Source: a virus
Strand: one strand, 5' to 3'
Virus record (IMG/VR): IMGVR_UViG_3300022927_000008
Coordinates: 45,774-109,773 of that record
Length of the DNA stretch: 64,000 nt
In this document: piece by piece, positions 7,385 to 17,269 of the stretch
How the letters are laid out: each line of letters starts with the position of its first letter
Numbering within the stretch: the first letter of the stretch is position 1
The notes under the pieces: generated by a model
The model's database searches: none
What the model saw: the letters and a program-made list of their open reading frames with translations, nothing else
What the model was told of the DNA's origin: nothing
Made by a program: the position numbers and the translations under genes

Positions 7385-7550
7385 GCTTACCACTGTAGTA
7401 ATCTTCCAAGTCCTCTTCTTCTGGTGGGAGGTAACCTGGTTTTTTGGGTTTTTTCTTCTTGCGCTCCTTATAAGCAGGAGACTCATGTTCCATAAAACGA
7501 TCCCATTTTTGGAACGCATCTAACCTTTGGTGTGGGCTATTTTTGCTCAT
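7371..7550 (-). CDS. 59-aa hypothetical protein (not in track)
   Basis: MSKNSPHQRLDAFQKWDRF...GKRGKR; ATGA-coupled to the upstream ORF. Confidence 0.55.
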   Translation of the reverse strand: MSKNSPHQRLDAFQKWDRFMEHESPAYKERKKKKPKKPGYLPPEEEDLEDYYSGKRGKR

Positions 7551-7687
7551 CGTCCTTGACCTCTATAGGCTTTTTTATAGTTTTTAGAATTTTTATTTTT
7601 GCTGGTTTTTGTTTTAGCGTGAACACCAGGGCGGCTCACTTTGTTGGTGCTGGGGGCATTTTCCAATGCGCTGATTTTCCTAGCCAT
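7547..7687 (-). CDS. 46-aa basic phage protein with YRGQGR C-terminus (not in track)
   Basis: MARKISALENAPSTNKVSRPGVHAKTKTSKNKNSKNYKKAYRGQGR; motif I recognise from many phages. Confidence 0.75.
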   Translation of the reverse strand: MARKISALENAPSTNKVSRPGVHAKTKTSKNKNSKNYKKAYRGQGR

Positions 7688-7991
7688 TTTTTGATTTTAA
7701 ATAGTTTATTGCTTCAGTTATTTTAATACAATCTTCGTATTCTTCTTCACGCTCATAATGAGCTAAGTTTGTTCCTAAGATATCAATAAATTCATCTGTT
7801 TCCATTGATAATGTATAAATAGCTCCTTCTTCCTCCACTTCTACTTCAAACACAGGAATTTGTTTTTTCTTAGTATCCAAATTATTTAGTATCTTTTCTA
7901 CAATTCCTTTAGCAAGCATAAAATCTTTAGTTTTAGCCATATTAAGGAATTCTTCATACGTTCCTACCTTTATGTGTTTCACGTACGGCAT
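7680..7991 (-). CDS. protein with C-terminal UvrB/UvrC (UVR)-like motif
   Basis: YEREEEYEDCIKITEAI. Confidence 0.65.
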   Translation of the reverse strand: MPYVKHIKVGTYEEFLNMAKTKDFMLAKGIVEKILNNLDTKKKQIPVFEVEVEEEGAIYTLSMETDEFIDILGTNLAHYEREEEYEDCIKITEAINYLKSKNG

Positions 7992-7992
7992 A

Positions 7993-8148
7993 TCAAAATA
8001 GATCAAGGTAATCTCCTTTTATTTGTTTTGACTTGAATTTAAGCATCTTTTCGTCATTCTCCAAACTTTTTGTCGCAAGCTTTTCAAGATGTTTACGTTT
8101 TTGTCCATCGTAATCGTCTACTAATTTTTGATGCTTACGCTTTTTCAT
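7993..8148 (-). CDS. 51-aa hypothetical protein (not in track)
   Basis: MKKRKHQKLVDDYDGQKRKHLEKL...DYLDLF fills the gap between genes. Confidence 0.55.
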   Translation of the reverse strand: MKKRKHQKLVDDYDGQKRKHLEKLATKSLENDEKMLKFKSKQIKGDYLDLF

Positions 8149-8842
8149 ACTTAAAGTATTTTATAGTAAAGTTACTAAGTGGTATTTCTGAATAGGGCAT
8201 ATCCTGTGTAACATGGTTATTTATTACAACATTCATTTTAGTATTATTTACCTGTTTCATTACAACTGGATCACTTATTACACGGACTAATCTGTCATTG
8301 TAATAAAACTTTAATGAGTCTAAGCTCCAATTTAATTTGTACTTTAAGAAGTGTTTTGTGGGATCTTTAAAGCCCATAAAATGACTTTTAGGTCCCCACA
8401 TTTTATTTTTACCCTCTTCAGAGTAGTGTACATTTGTATCTATATGCCTACAAGCCCAAGGTTTGTTCCAATTAAACCTATGATAATTTGGTTTTTTATG
8501 AGAATAACCTTCAAATATATCAATTTCAGGGGGCCAACTGTCCCAACTCCACATCCAAAAAGCAGGCCATAAGTTCTTACCATATGGTAATTTAGCTTTT
8601 ATTTCAAATATGCCAGGACCAAATTCAGTAGCACATGATACCAAACCTACACCTACTTTAGGTCTAATTCCTAATTCTTTAAACTCCTTAGGGTTGTATT
8701 GGGTTTTTAAAGTTAAATAGTTTTTTAATGTAATTTGAACTGCACTAGGATCATACCAACAATAGGGTTTATCCTTGTGTACCTGTCCCCACCTTTCTTG
8801 GGTTAACCATTTATATCCTGACCATTCTATTACTTTGCTCAT
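8135..8842 (-). CDS. glycoside hydrolase family 16 (laminarinase-like)
   Basis: WPAFWMW and catalytic EIDIFE (ExDxxE) motif. Confidence 0.85.
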   Translation of the reverse strand: MSKVIEWSGYKWLTQERWGQVHKDKPYCWYDPSAVQITLKNYLTLKTQYNPKEFKELGIRPKVGVGLVSCATEFGPGIFEIKAKLPYGKNLWPAFWMWSWDSWPPEIDIFEGYSHKKPNYHRFNWNKPWACRHIDTNVHYSEEGKNKMWGPKSHFMGFKDPTKHFLKYKLNWSLDSLKFYYNDRLVRVISDPVVMKQVNNTKMNVVINNHVTQDMPYSEIPLSNFTIKYFKYEKA

Positions 8843-9465
8843 ATCCTTGATATCAAATCTAATTCATCTTTATCTTCTAAACCTAGTTCTTTTAGGCGTT
8901 GAAGGTGATAATCATCAATTTCCCAATCTACTTGACCTTCATTAACTGGTTTATATTCCTCCATTGTTTGGATTTGTTTGTCACTAAATATGTCCCCAAC
9001 TGTTAAAAAGTAACAATTATAACAAAGGAGTTCTACGTTATCTAATTTATAATTTTTTTTATTATTGTCTTTAAAGTTCATTATTAACGGAACTTTGTAA
9101 TCTAACACCCTGCGTTCATTAAATGAACAATTTGAACAACAATCCTCTAAATAACCCTCCCCTATCATTCTCTCACGAATTTTAGCAGCTGAAAAGTGGG
9201 AACTATCAACTCTACCTTCTATAATGTCTAACACAGCAGGTTGTTTTACACTACCATTTAAAAACTTGGGTATACCTTTACCTGCTTGGTTTTTATGTTG
9301 TTCAAATAGGTCTGGGTAACCTTCTTCAGTGGCTTCATAATTTTTGGCCCATTTTTTGTAGTGAATGTAGGAAACACCTAAGTAACGAGCGGCTGCACGG
9401 TTAGACATAGTCTTATTCATAGCTGCTTGTATCTGTTGTTTACTTAGGGGTTTTGCCTTGGGCAT
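8839..9465 (-). CDS. HTH + degenerate HNH-like zinc domain protein
   Basis: N-terminal AAARYLGVS HTH; CSNC...LLCYNC; HNH histidines absent. Confidence 0.7.
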   Translation of the reverse strand: MPKAKPLSKQQIQAAMNKTMSNRAAARYLGVSYIHYKKWAKNYEATEEGYPDLFEQHKNQAGKGIPKFLNGSVKQPAVLDIIEGRVDSSHFSAAKIRERMIGEGYLEDCCSNCSFNERRVLDYKVPLIMNFKDNNKKNYKLDNVELLCYNCYFLTVGDIFSDKQIQTMEEYKPVNEGQVDWEIDDYHLQRLKELGLEDKDELDLISRI

Positions 9466-9868
9466 TTTTATCTATTTTTATTTTTAGATCTACTAAGTAT
9501 TCCCACAATTCTTCTTTAGTATTAAACATATATTCAACACCTTCATCATCTAAAAAGGGTACTACTCGTTTATTATCGTCAAATCTTGTGTATACATAAA
9601 ATAGTATAGCTTCTGCAGCAACAGGTTCAAAGCAGAAATGGACTAGACTTTCTATAACTTGAAAGTAAATATCATCAATTGTTGATATATCTATTTTAAA
9701 TTCATCGTACAATTTATGTTGACGCTGCCAAGCTTCCTCAAATAAACCTATTATACGAATAAACTCATTTTTTATTTTAGCTTCAGTGTCTGCCTTATCA
9801 CTAGTAAGGTGAACAGTGGTTCCTAAAATAGATTCAAGTATTTCCTTTATTTCTTTTTTCTGCCCCAT
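9440..9868 (-). CDS. hypothetical protein
   Basis: 142-aa co-directional ORF. Confidence 0.7.
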   Translation of the reverse strand: MGQKKEIKEILESILGTTVHLTSDKADTEAKIKNEFIRIIGLFEEAWQRQHKLYDEFKIDISTIDDIYFQVIESLVHFCFEPVAAEAILFYVYTRFDDNKRVVPFLDDEGVEYMFNTKEELWEYLVDLKIKIDKNAQGKTPK

Positions 9869-10181
9869 TAACCTTTTGTTTTAACTTAACCAATTTAGCA
9901 CACTTATCATAATCTTCTTGTTTCTCGTAAAACTTAATAACTCCTTCAATAGCAGCTTTAAAATTACGTCTGTATATTATTACTGAACATTCTAAATTAG
10001 GTATGTGGATTATTTTAGCTTGAGTAAAGTTAGTCTCTAATGCTTCTTCTATCCCACTTACAACTTCATCAAATAATAGCTTGTGGAAATCCTCAGATTC
10101 AGTTAGTATATCTAAATCTTCTTTATCATCATAAAGTATTTCCACAGCAAGGATTTCACGTTTTTTATTTTCCTTATCCAT
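9834..10181 (-). CDS. protein with C-terminal UVR-like motif
   Basis: YEKQEDYDKCAKLVKLK; resembles 7680-7991. Confidence 0.7.
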   Translation of the reverse strand: MDKENKKREILAVEILYDDKEDLDILTESEDFHKLLFDEVVSGIEEALETNFTQAKIIHIPNLECSVIIYRRNFKAAIEGVIKFYEKQEDYDKCAKLVKLKQKVNGAEKRNKGNT

Positions 10182-10193
10182 GGTTATAAATAT

Positions 10194-10970
10194 TTAGAAA
10201 TCTAACATTTTAGAGTTATTGTCTGGGTTGTGTTTAGCCCATTGCCCCCATTTGTACTTAAAATATTCGTGGCAAAGTTGTTCTTTTTGCTGTTTGTTAA
10301 TTTTTTCTTCATAAGTAGCTTCTGTGCCATATGAAACAAAGTGATAAAAATGGCACTCGTAAGTTCTTAACATTCTTAATCCTGCTATCTCACATTTAAG
10401 AAAAAAGTCCCAATCAACAACCCAAGCACCAGGATAAGATTCATCCCATCCCCCTATTTTCATATAATCCCATTTATTCATAAAAATAGGTAAGGTACAC
10501 CCAGTTTCTTCAACTTTACTTTCTTCTATAATACTTTCTTCATACTCCCAAAATGCCTTTAAATCAAACTTTTTAGGATCCCTACCTAAATTTTTAATAT
10601 GCATCTGTTTGAACATGCTAGGAATAGGTTCAATTTGATTGGGAGTAACTACAGATCCAGGAGAATAACTTGCTATTAATGCTATATCCCATTGGTCTGG
10701 GAATACATTGTCATCGTTGACTATAAGGATTTTGTTTGATGTAGCATTAAAAACTCCTAAGTTAGTAGCCCTGCTAAGACCCACATTTTCTTCTAAGTTA
10801 AGGATTTCAATGTGTTTTTTATACTTTTCAAGGATCTCTTTATTTAGATCATAAAAACCATCTACTACTACTATTATTTGATTCTTTTCAGTTTGACCTT
10901 CAATAGCAGATTTTAAACACAGATCTAAAACTTCAGGTTCTTTATAAGTAGGAATAATTACAGAAATCAT
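10194..10970 (-). CDS. GT2 family glycosyltransferase
   Basis: ISVIIPTY, VVVDG, NDD and GGWDE motifs. Confidence 0.9.
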   Translation of the reverse strand: MISVIIPTYKEPEVLDLCLKSAIEGQTEKNQIIVVVDGFYDLNKEILEKYKKHIEILNLEENVGLSRATNLGVFNATSNKILIVNDDNVFPDQWDIALIASYSPGSVVTPNQIEPIPSMFKQMHIKNLGRDPKKFDLKAFWEYEESIIEESKVEETGCTLPIFMNKWDYMKIGGWDESYPGAWVVDWDFFLKCEIAGLRMLRTYECHFYHFVSYGTEATYEEKINKQQKEQLCHEYFKYKWGQWAKHNPDNNSKMLDF

Positions 10971-10987
10971 ATTTTAAAATTATTTTA

Positions 10988-11728
10988 TTAAGAAGTAATT
11001 TTTATGCTATATAGTTCACCTTCAAATAAAGTTGTAGTAAGGTAACCTAATAACCTTTCGAACCCATGGGCTAAACTACCATAGCGGTCATATCCCTCTT
11101 CAAATTTAGGAAGGAGAGAAGGAATATCTATTAAATTATAAAGATTTTTCATATAGAGATCATTTACTAAAAACATAGTCCCAGCAAAAAAAGGAGGGGC
11201 AAGTCTTTTATCTTTAAATACTAAAGTAGAGTCTGTGTTGAGGAGTTTTAATGCTTTTTTTATAAAGGGAAGAGCATCTAGATAATTTACGTTATCTAAA
11301 GTTTCACTAAATAACCAAGGAGCAGAACCTACCATACAGGGGACCGTATTAGATGAAAGCTCAGAAAGAGCAGTAACATATTGCATATTACTATGTAAAA
11401 AGCTATCTACTAATTGAGTTCTCCACATTTCTCCTAACTTAGGGGTATGAATAGACTTTTTTCCATGGATCTTTATATAATATTTATAAGGAATTGACTT
11501 AATTTGATCACAAACATGTAAGAAAGGAGCTACATCTAACCCTTTATTTTCTACTAAAAATACTTCTTTACTATACTTACTAATATCTTTTATATAGGGG
11601 GTATTTAAATTGTTTACACTAACATACAAATCAGTTTTAGGATTATTTTGCAAAATAGATTTTAACCTAACTCTAAACCAAGGCCACAAATCTTGATAGT
11701 GTAAATGTAAAATAATAGCTACTTTCAT
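10988..11728 (-). CDS. RgpF (rhamnan synthesis F)-like protein
   Basis: LHLHYQDLW, ENKGLDVAPF, KIHGKKS, FFAGTMF, AHGFER. Confidence 0.8.
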   Translation of the reverse strand: MKVAIILHLHYQDLWPWFRVRLKSILQNNPKTDLYVSVNNLNTPYIKDISKYSKEVFLVENKGLDVAPFLHVCDQIKSIPYKYYIKIHGKKSIHTPKLGEMWRTQLVDSFLHSNMQYVTALSELSSNTVPCMVGSAPWLFSETLDNVNYLDALPFIKKALKLLNTDSTLVFKDKRLAPPFFAGTMFLVNDLYMKNLYNLIDIPSLLPKFEEGYDRYGSLAHGFERLLGYLTTTLFEGELYSIKITS

Positions 11729-12345
11729 CCTATTTGTGCATATCTATTATTTTGAAAAACTTGTCGTTCTATTTCTTTATTATGAATAATACTAAAATGT
11801 TCTTCCATAGGTAAAGTAACATAAGTTTCATAACCTTTAACCATCCCATGTACTTGATGTCCTTCCCACTGAATTTTGGAGGAATTTTTATATATTCTTT
11901 TTTGAGGGTCAGGCCAGTTTACCCATCCTTCAGGTGATACCTGCCATCCCCATTGTTTAGTGTGTTGGGGGGTAAGACCTTCTACTATGTTTTTTCTGGG
12001 GGTAATTAATAAATCAACAGGGTTCTCTTTAAGGATATTTTTTAGGTTAATTAGAAGAATCTCACTAGGAATCTCATCAGCATCTAATTGAAATATGTAG
12101 TCCCCAGTACATTTAGTTTGGAGGTAATTTTTATTTTCTAAAAAGTTTTGTTTAAAATCAAAAGGATAGTAATCAATGTCATCTTCATACTTTTCAAGAA
12201 CTTCTATAGTCTCATTAGTAATCCGATTCTTATCATATACTATTACAATTTCATCTTCATTGTCAATTTTTTCTATTAAATAAGAAATTAAATTATCTAT
12301 TTCTTTATCTTCATTACATACTGTAAGGCCGTAACTTATTTTCAT
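11725..12345 (-). CDS. GT2 family glycosyltransferase
   Basis: FQLDADE motif. Confidence 0.85.
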   Translation of the reverse strand: MKISYGLTVCNEDKEIDNLISYLIEKIDNEDEIVIVYDKNRITNETIEVLEKYEDDIDYYPFDFKQNFLENKNYLQTKCTGDYIFQLDADEIPSEILLINLKNILKENPVDLLITPRKNIVEGLTPQHTKQWGWQVSPEGWVNWPDPQKRIYKNSSKIQWEGHQVHGMVKGYETYVTLPMEEHFSIIHNKEIERQVFQNNRYAQIG

Positions 12346-12773
12346 TTTTTTTCTTCTTTAAACATACCAATATAATCAAGAGCTTCCATATAATCGTGTT
12401 CGGCAAAGTGTTTTAGATTTTGCATATCCATTTTATAAGTTTTTTCACTTTGATCTTCAGAAAGAGCTTTTACAGCAGCCCATCTCCATTCTTTAACATT
12501 TTTACCATCAGCATACACCATTCCTTTTTCAGGATTATTAGTAGCAGAAGGCATCCAATTTAAACCTTTATCATCTACATAAATAAGATCCTTATACAAC
12601 TCGGGAAGTATTTCTATTTGCTCACTAAGAAATGAACTGCCAGATTGCATTAAAGTATTAGTTGTAAATCCACACCCATAACATAAACTTATAACGTAAT
12701 CCGCCCCCATTTCTTGTTCGTAACAAGCATCGCTTCCACAACGAGGACATATTGTTAATTTATCTTTCAACAT
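12342..12773 (-). CDS. zinc-ribbon hypothetical protein
   Basis: CPRC...CYGC. Confidence 0.7.
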   Translation of the reverse strand: MLKDKLTICPRCGSDACYEQEMGADYVISLCYGCGFTTNTLMQSGSSFLSEQIEILPELYKDLIYVDDKGLNWMPSATNNPEKGMVYADGKNVKEWRWAAVKALSEDQSEKTYKMDMQNLKHFAEHDYMEALDYIGMFKEEKK

Positions 12774-14040
12774 TTTCTAATTTTTTAAGTTTAGGTAATT
12801 TCAAACTAATTTCATTAGGGACATCAGGTAAGTGTTCTTCCATTATTACCTCTAAAGCTTGTTTCATATTTCCATAACTAAAATGGTTTTTACTTTTATG
12901 GTATTGGAGTAATGCCTGTTTTTTATATTTAGGATAGTTATCAAAAACATCTTTTAAATAGGAAACTGCCTGAGAGGGTTCTACTGAGAACCAACTTCCT
13001 TCTTTAAGGAGAATGTTTTTTACTAATGCACTATCATGTACTTTAGTAAGCTTTCCTTCTAACAAAGTAGTAAATTTACTATCTAAAAAATCAATATGGC
13101 CACTCCAATTAGTAGTAATAATAGGTTTTTTAGTTAAACTAAATTCTAATAAGGGTCTACCAAATCCTTCCCCTTTAGTTAAAGATATCATAGCTTTAAC
13201 TTTTTTATGATTGTAAAGATTATTCATCTCTTCATCAGTAAGTTCACCATGAAGTAAATAAATATTAGGTAAAGTGTCTGCTTCTATTGTTTTTTTAATT
13301 TCATCTATTTTATCTAAGATCATTTCTCTATCCATATAAGATGCACCCGCCCCACTAGTTTTTAAAATTAATGCAGGTGTTTTTTTCTGGTTTTTGAATG
13401 TTTCGTAGAAGAGTTTTATCATTAGGCCTACATTTTTCCTATCTTCTCCTACAACTCCTTGCATCCAATGTCCTACAAATAAGTAAGCAAATTGATCTTT
13501 TATATCTTTTAAATCAAATTTATTAGTTTCTTTTGAAGGAAAATATTTAGTTAAATCCGCTCCTTCAAATAATACTTCTATAGGTTTTTCTATATATATT
13601 TCAACAGGAGTATCTCCTTCTTTATGTTCAAATCTAAGGTTTTCAAATGTATTTTTGGAATGATTTGAAGATACTAAATTTAAATCCATTCTATTTAATC
13701 CCTGGATCCATGAGGGATCACATACGGTGGTTTCTATGCCGGCAGTAATTCCAATATTATATTCCCCTACAGGTTGGAATTCATTAGGTACACTAATTTG
13801 AGCCCACACTTGGGGTTTCGCAGGAAGTTGATTACCTGGAGGAAGAAGGTGGGGTTGTATAAATCCCCATTCCTCTAAATTATTTTCTATAAACCCCCAA
13901 GGGCAACTCCCCCATCTTTGGGGTAGAACTTTTACATTATATTTGTCAAGCTCAATAATAGCTCTAACTAAATCTCGAGAACGTGCTCCATAACCTGAGT
14001 AAGTGTCTATGGGGCAACTTATTATAAATAAAGGTTTCAT
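12760..14040 (-). CDS. GT4 family glycosyltransferase
   Basis: SGYG, DRKN and EGFGRPLLE motifs. Confidence 0.9.
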   Translation of the reverse strand: MKPLFIISCPIDTYSGYGARSRDLVRAIIELDKYNVKVLPQRWGSCPWGFIENNLEEWGFIQPHLLPPGNQLPAKPQVWAQISVPNEFQPVGEYNIGITAGIETTVCDPSWIQGLNRMDLNLVSSNHSKNTFENLRFEHKEGDTPVEIYIEKPIEVLFEGADLTKYFPSKETNKFDLKDIKDQFAYLFVGHWMQGVVGEDRKNVGLMIKLFYETFKNQKKTPALILKTSGAGASYMDREMILDKIDEIKKTIEADTLPNIYLLHGELTDEEMNNLYNHKKVKAMISLTKGEGFGRPLLEFSLTKKPIITTNWSGHIDFLDSKFTTLLEGKLTKVHDSALVKNILLKEGSWFSVEPSQAVSYLKDVFDNYPKYKKQALLQYHKSKNHFSYGNMKQALEVIMEEHLPDVPNEISLKLPKLKKLENVER

Positions 14041-15491
14041 TAATATTCTAATTTATGGGGTGTTACTTTTGGTTTTCTAGTGTCTATTTTGATTAGTTCA
14101 TACCTTTCTCGGGGCTTCCAATTTTTAAATAATGTATCTATATTATCTATAATACGGTAGGACATTTTTTCTGCAGTGAATCCTGCTTCATCACTTAGAG
14201 CCCACTTTCTTCCTATTTCTCCTTTAATTTTTCTTTCTTTAGCCCCCATTTCCCATACCTCAAATAATCTATTAGCGGCATCACTAGAATCACATCTATC
14301 ATCAAAAATATAAGGGGTAGGAGGGGAACCTTGGATTGAAATACTTGAAGGGAAAATAGGAAAGGCCCATTCTCCATGTTGGGTATATGTTTTTCTATGG
14401 TTTGAAGGTATTTTCTCATTAGGGGTAAACCATTTTCCTTTATTATCTATAAATCTCATTTGGTCTTGCATTCCCCCGGTAACATTAGCTACTATAGGGT
14501 TACCTACAAGTAAAGCTTCGGTTAAACTTAACCCCCACCCTTCATTAGATGTAAGTTGGATCTGAACATCAGAGCAATTATATAGAAAATTCATATGCTC
14601 AGTATCCAATTTATCCTCTACAAATAAAATGTTATACTTTTTATCATCCCCACACAAAGTTTCAATAACAGCAGGTAAATTGGTACCATTAGGATCTATC
14701 CTTTGGGTTTTTAATATTAGAAGACATTTCTCAGCTTGCTTGGGAGTAAGTTTATCAACGAATTGTTTATAGGCCCAAATAGTATCTGGTATCTGTTTAC
14801 GCCTAATGTTTCTAGAGTTGTAAAGGGTAACAAAATCATATTCTTTGCCTTTAAAAAGCTCAGTTTTAAACTCTTCAAGCTGAGTGGCTTTTTCGTGTGA
14901 TTTGTCGATAGGGAAAAATATTTTATGATTTAGCCCATGGGGAACATAAGAAATAATTTTATTTTTAGCTTTATCTCCTAATACTAATTTATTTATATTA
15001 ACAGTCTGTTTTGAAATGCCCATTAACAAATCACATGATTCATAATATTCTTTATTATACATTGGGGCTGGGAAGTCGTCCCAAATATTTAAATAAATAA
15101 TAGGAATATTTTGCCTAATTTCGTTTTCCATTTGAAACAACCAAGTCCAATATCTGGGGTCAGTAAATATAAAAATGGCATCAGGCTGCTCTCTTTTTAT
15201 AAAGAACCTCACTGCATCGGGGTTCCCATACCCATTACTAGGGTATATAGTTACTGAGGTGTCTTCTAATCCTGTTATTTTATTGGTTTCAGGGCTTAAA
15301 TCTATAATTTTTCCTTCTTCAGGGTGTTGTATTGCTGCTCCTATATTTACCCAATTATAGTGATGGCAGGTATGGAGCACCATTTCTTTGGCTATAGTCC
15401 CTATTCCCGAATGAGTCCTAATATCATCACACATTAGGAGTATCTTTTTACGTTCCTCTTTGGGAACATATCCTTTCATTTTCGTAACCAT
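14040..15491 (-). CDS. GT4 family glycosyltransferase
   Basis: RNIRRK and EGWGLSLTEA motifs. Confidence 0.9.
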   Translation of the reverse strand: MVTKMKGYVPKEERKKILLMCDDIRTHSGIGTIAKEMVLHTCHHYNWVNIGAAIQHPEEGKIIDLSPETNKITGLEDTSVTIYPSNGYGNPDAVRFFIKREQPDAIFIFTDPRYWTWLFQMENEIRQNIPIIYLNIWDDFPAPMYNKEYYESCDLLMGISKQTVNINKLVLGDKAKNKIISYVPHGLNHKIFFPIDKSHEKATQLEEFKTELFKGKEYDFVTLYNSRNIRRKQIPDTIWAYKQFVDKLTPKQAEKCLLILKTQRIDPNGTNLPAVIETLCGDDKKYNILFVEDKLDTEHMNFLYNCSDVQIQLTSNEGWGLSLTEALLVGNPIVANVTGGMQDQMRFIDNKGKWFTPNEKIPSNHRKTYTQHGEWAFPIFPSSISIQGSPPTPYIFDDRCDSSDAANRLFEVWEMGAKERKIKGEIGRKWALSDEAGFTAEKMSYRIIDNIDTLFKNWKPRERYELIKIDTRKPKVTPHKLEY

Positions 15492-15503
15492 TTTGTTTTT
15501 TTA

Positions 15504-15686
15504 TTATAAATCTAAACTATTGTGATTGTGGATTTGACGTTTAAAGTCTTCATCAGTAAGATACAAATGAACACAACGGTCAGCAAGTTTTTGAAAAGAA
15601 AACTTATGTCTAACACATGCTACTTTAAATTCTTCAAATAAATCACTTTGAATTTTTACGCTTGTTAATGTTAAATCTTTTTTCAT
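15504..15686 (-). CDS. ribbon-helix-helix-like small DNA-binding protein
   Basis: LTSVKI beta-strand followed by two helices. Confidence 0.6.
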   Translation of the reverse strand: MKKDLTLTSVKIQSDLFEEFKVACVRHKFSFQKLADRCVHLYLTDEDFKRQIHNHNSLDL

Positions 15687-15719
15687 AGCTAATATATTTT
15701 GATATAAATATTCGCGAAA

Positions 15720-16460
15720 TTAAAAAGATGTGTTTCGGGTATAACCCTCCTCAAAATGATCAACAGTTAACTTATTGATAAATACAGGTTTTAAATCATG
15801 TTGTTTCATCCAAGGGTTAACTCTATTATAAAAATTTATATCTCCAGGTTCACGTCTTCCATAAAAATATAAAGGGTCTCTTCTTCTTAAAGGTATAATT
15901 CTATAGTTAATACAAGTACTAGAATTAATTATATTAATAGGAGTTGGGGGGAGATTAGTATAAAGTTCTGGGGGGTTTTGGCGGGGTAAAACACCATTTA
16001 GGTATTTGGATTTAGTATAAAGAAATGGAGATTGAGTAGTTTCTATTGCTGTAGCTAAGGTTTCTAAATGATCAGGAAAATAAATATCATCGTGGTCTAA
16101 TTTACAGATATAATCATAACCTTCGTTTATAGCATATTCTATCCCTATGTTGGTACCGTGGGCACCCCCACTATGCCATAAATCCTCTCCTCCTTTAGGA
16201 TACCTTTTCCTTTCTACAGCCACTGGAAGGTTAATGGGTAGGGTTTTATTTGGGGGGCAAAGTTTAATTATTTGTTCAAATTCTGCTTTGTCTTTGTAAT
16301 TATCTCCTATTAAGTATATTTTCCAATTTTTATATGTTTGGTTAAAAACACTTTGTAAGGTATTTTTTATATAACTAAATGTTTTACCATCAGGTCTATA
16401 ATAAGTAGTTACAACTATTGCTAATTTAGGGTTACTATATTTTTTATTTATAAGTTCCAT
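15720..16460 (-). CDS. GT2 family glycosyltransferase
   Basis: NQTYKNW and LDHDD motifs. Confidence 0.85.
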   Translation of the reverse strand: MELINKKYSNPKLAIVVTTYYRPDGKTFSYIKNTLQSVFNQTYKNWKIYLIGDNYKDKAEFEQIIKLCPPNKTLPINLPVAVERKRYPKGGEDLWHSGGAHGTNIGIEYAINEGYDYICKLDHDDIYFPDHLETLATAIETTQSPFLYTKSKYLNGVLPRQNPPELYTNLPPTPINIINSSTCINYRIIPLRRRDPLYFYGRREPGDINFYNRVNPWMKQHDLKPVFINKLTVDHFEEGYTRNTSF

Positions 16461-17269
16461 AGTGGAATTCCTTTAAGGTTGGGTTCAATGTTTTTTTTCT
16501 TTTTAGCAGGAATTCCTATATAAACTCCACTATCTTTTATGTTTTTAATTACTACACTTCCTGCTCCTAATATTATATTATCTGATTGGAGTTCTATTCT
16601 AGGGTTTATGATGGTGGCACAACCTAAGAAACAATTATTAGATATCTTAACAGAACCCCCTATAGTAACATTATTAGCAAAATGTACATTTTCTCCAATT
16701 TTAGTTCCATGACCTATACAGCAACCAGGAGCTAAGTTAACATTGTCTTTTAAGGTTGTGTATTCATTTGCTGATCCTCTTACTATTGAAGTATTACTAC
16801 CAATAATACAGTTGTTTCCTATTTTAACTCCACCTAATTGTCTTAAAAAAACTTTAGTAGCCCCATCCCACACCCACATCATACCTTCGGTTCCAATACT
16901 GCAATTAGCATCTATCCTTGTTCCATTTCCTACTTCAGTTTTAGAATAAACTACAGAATTAGGGCCAATAATTACATTATCACCAATTACAACACCATCA
17001 CCAATTACAGCTGTAGGGTCTATAGAACAATTATCACCCTTAATATATGATTTTTTATCAAAAGTGTATGGGTATTTTACTTGATGGGATAACCTATAAA
17101 ATTCTAGTTGGGGATTTTTTACAATAACTTGTACTACATTATTTAATCCTTCAAATTTTTGTTTGCAAAATAATTTACAATTTTTTAAATGTTTTACATG
17201 TTCAGGATTATCACCTACATAATAAGTAATCATTCCTTCTTTAGTATTAGGTAAAATTGATAATATCAT
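16448..17269 (-). CDS. LpxD-like hexapeptide-repeat acyltransferase
   Basis: Left-handed beta-helix repeats; IGTEG, QLGGVKIG, IGHG. Confidence 0.85.
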   Translation of the reverse strand: MILSILPNTKEGMITYYVGDNPEHVKHLKNCKLFCKQKFEGLNNVVQVIVKNPQLEFYRLSHQVKYPYTFDKKSYIKGDNCSIDPTAVIGDGVVIGDNVIIGPNSVVYSKTEVGNGTRIDANCSIGTEGMMWVWDGATKVFLRQLGGVKIGNNCIIGSNTSIVRGSANEYTTLKDNVNLAPGCCIGHGTKIGENVHFANNVTIGGSVKISNNCFLGCATIINPRIELQSDNIILGAGSVVIKNIKDSGVYIGIPAKKKKNIEPNLKGIPLWNL

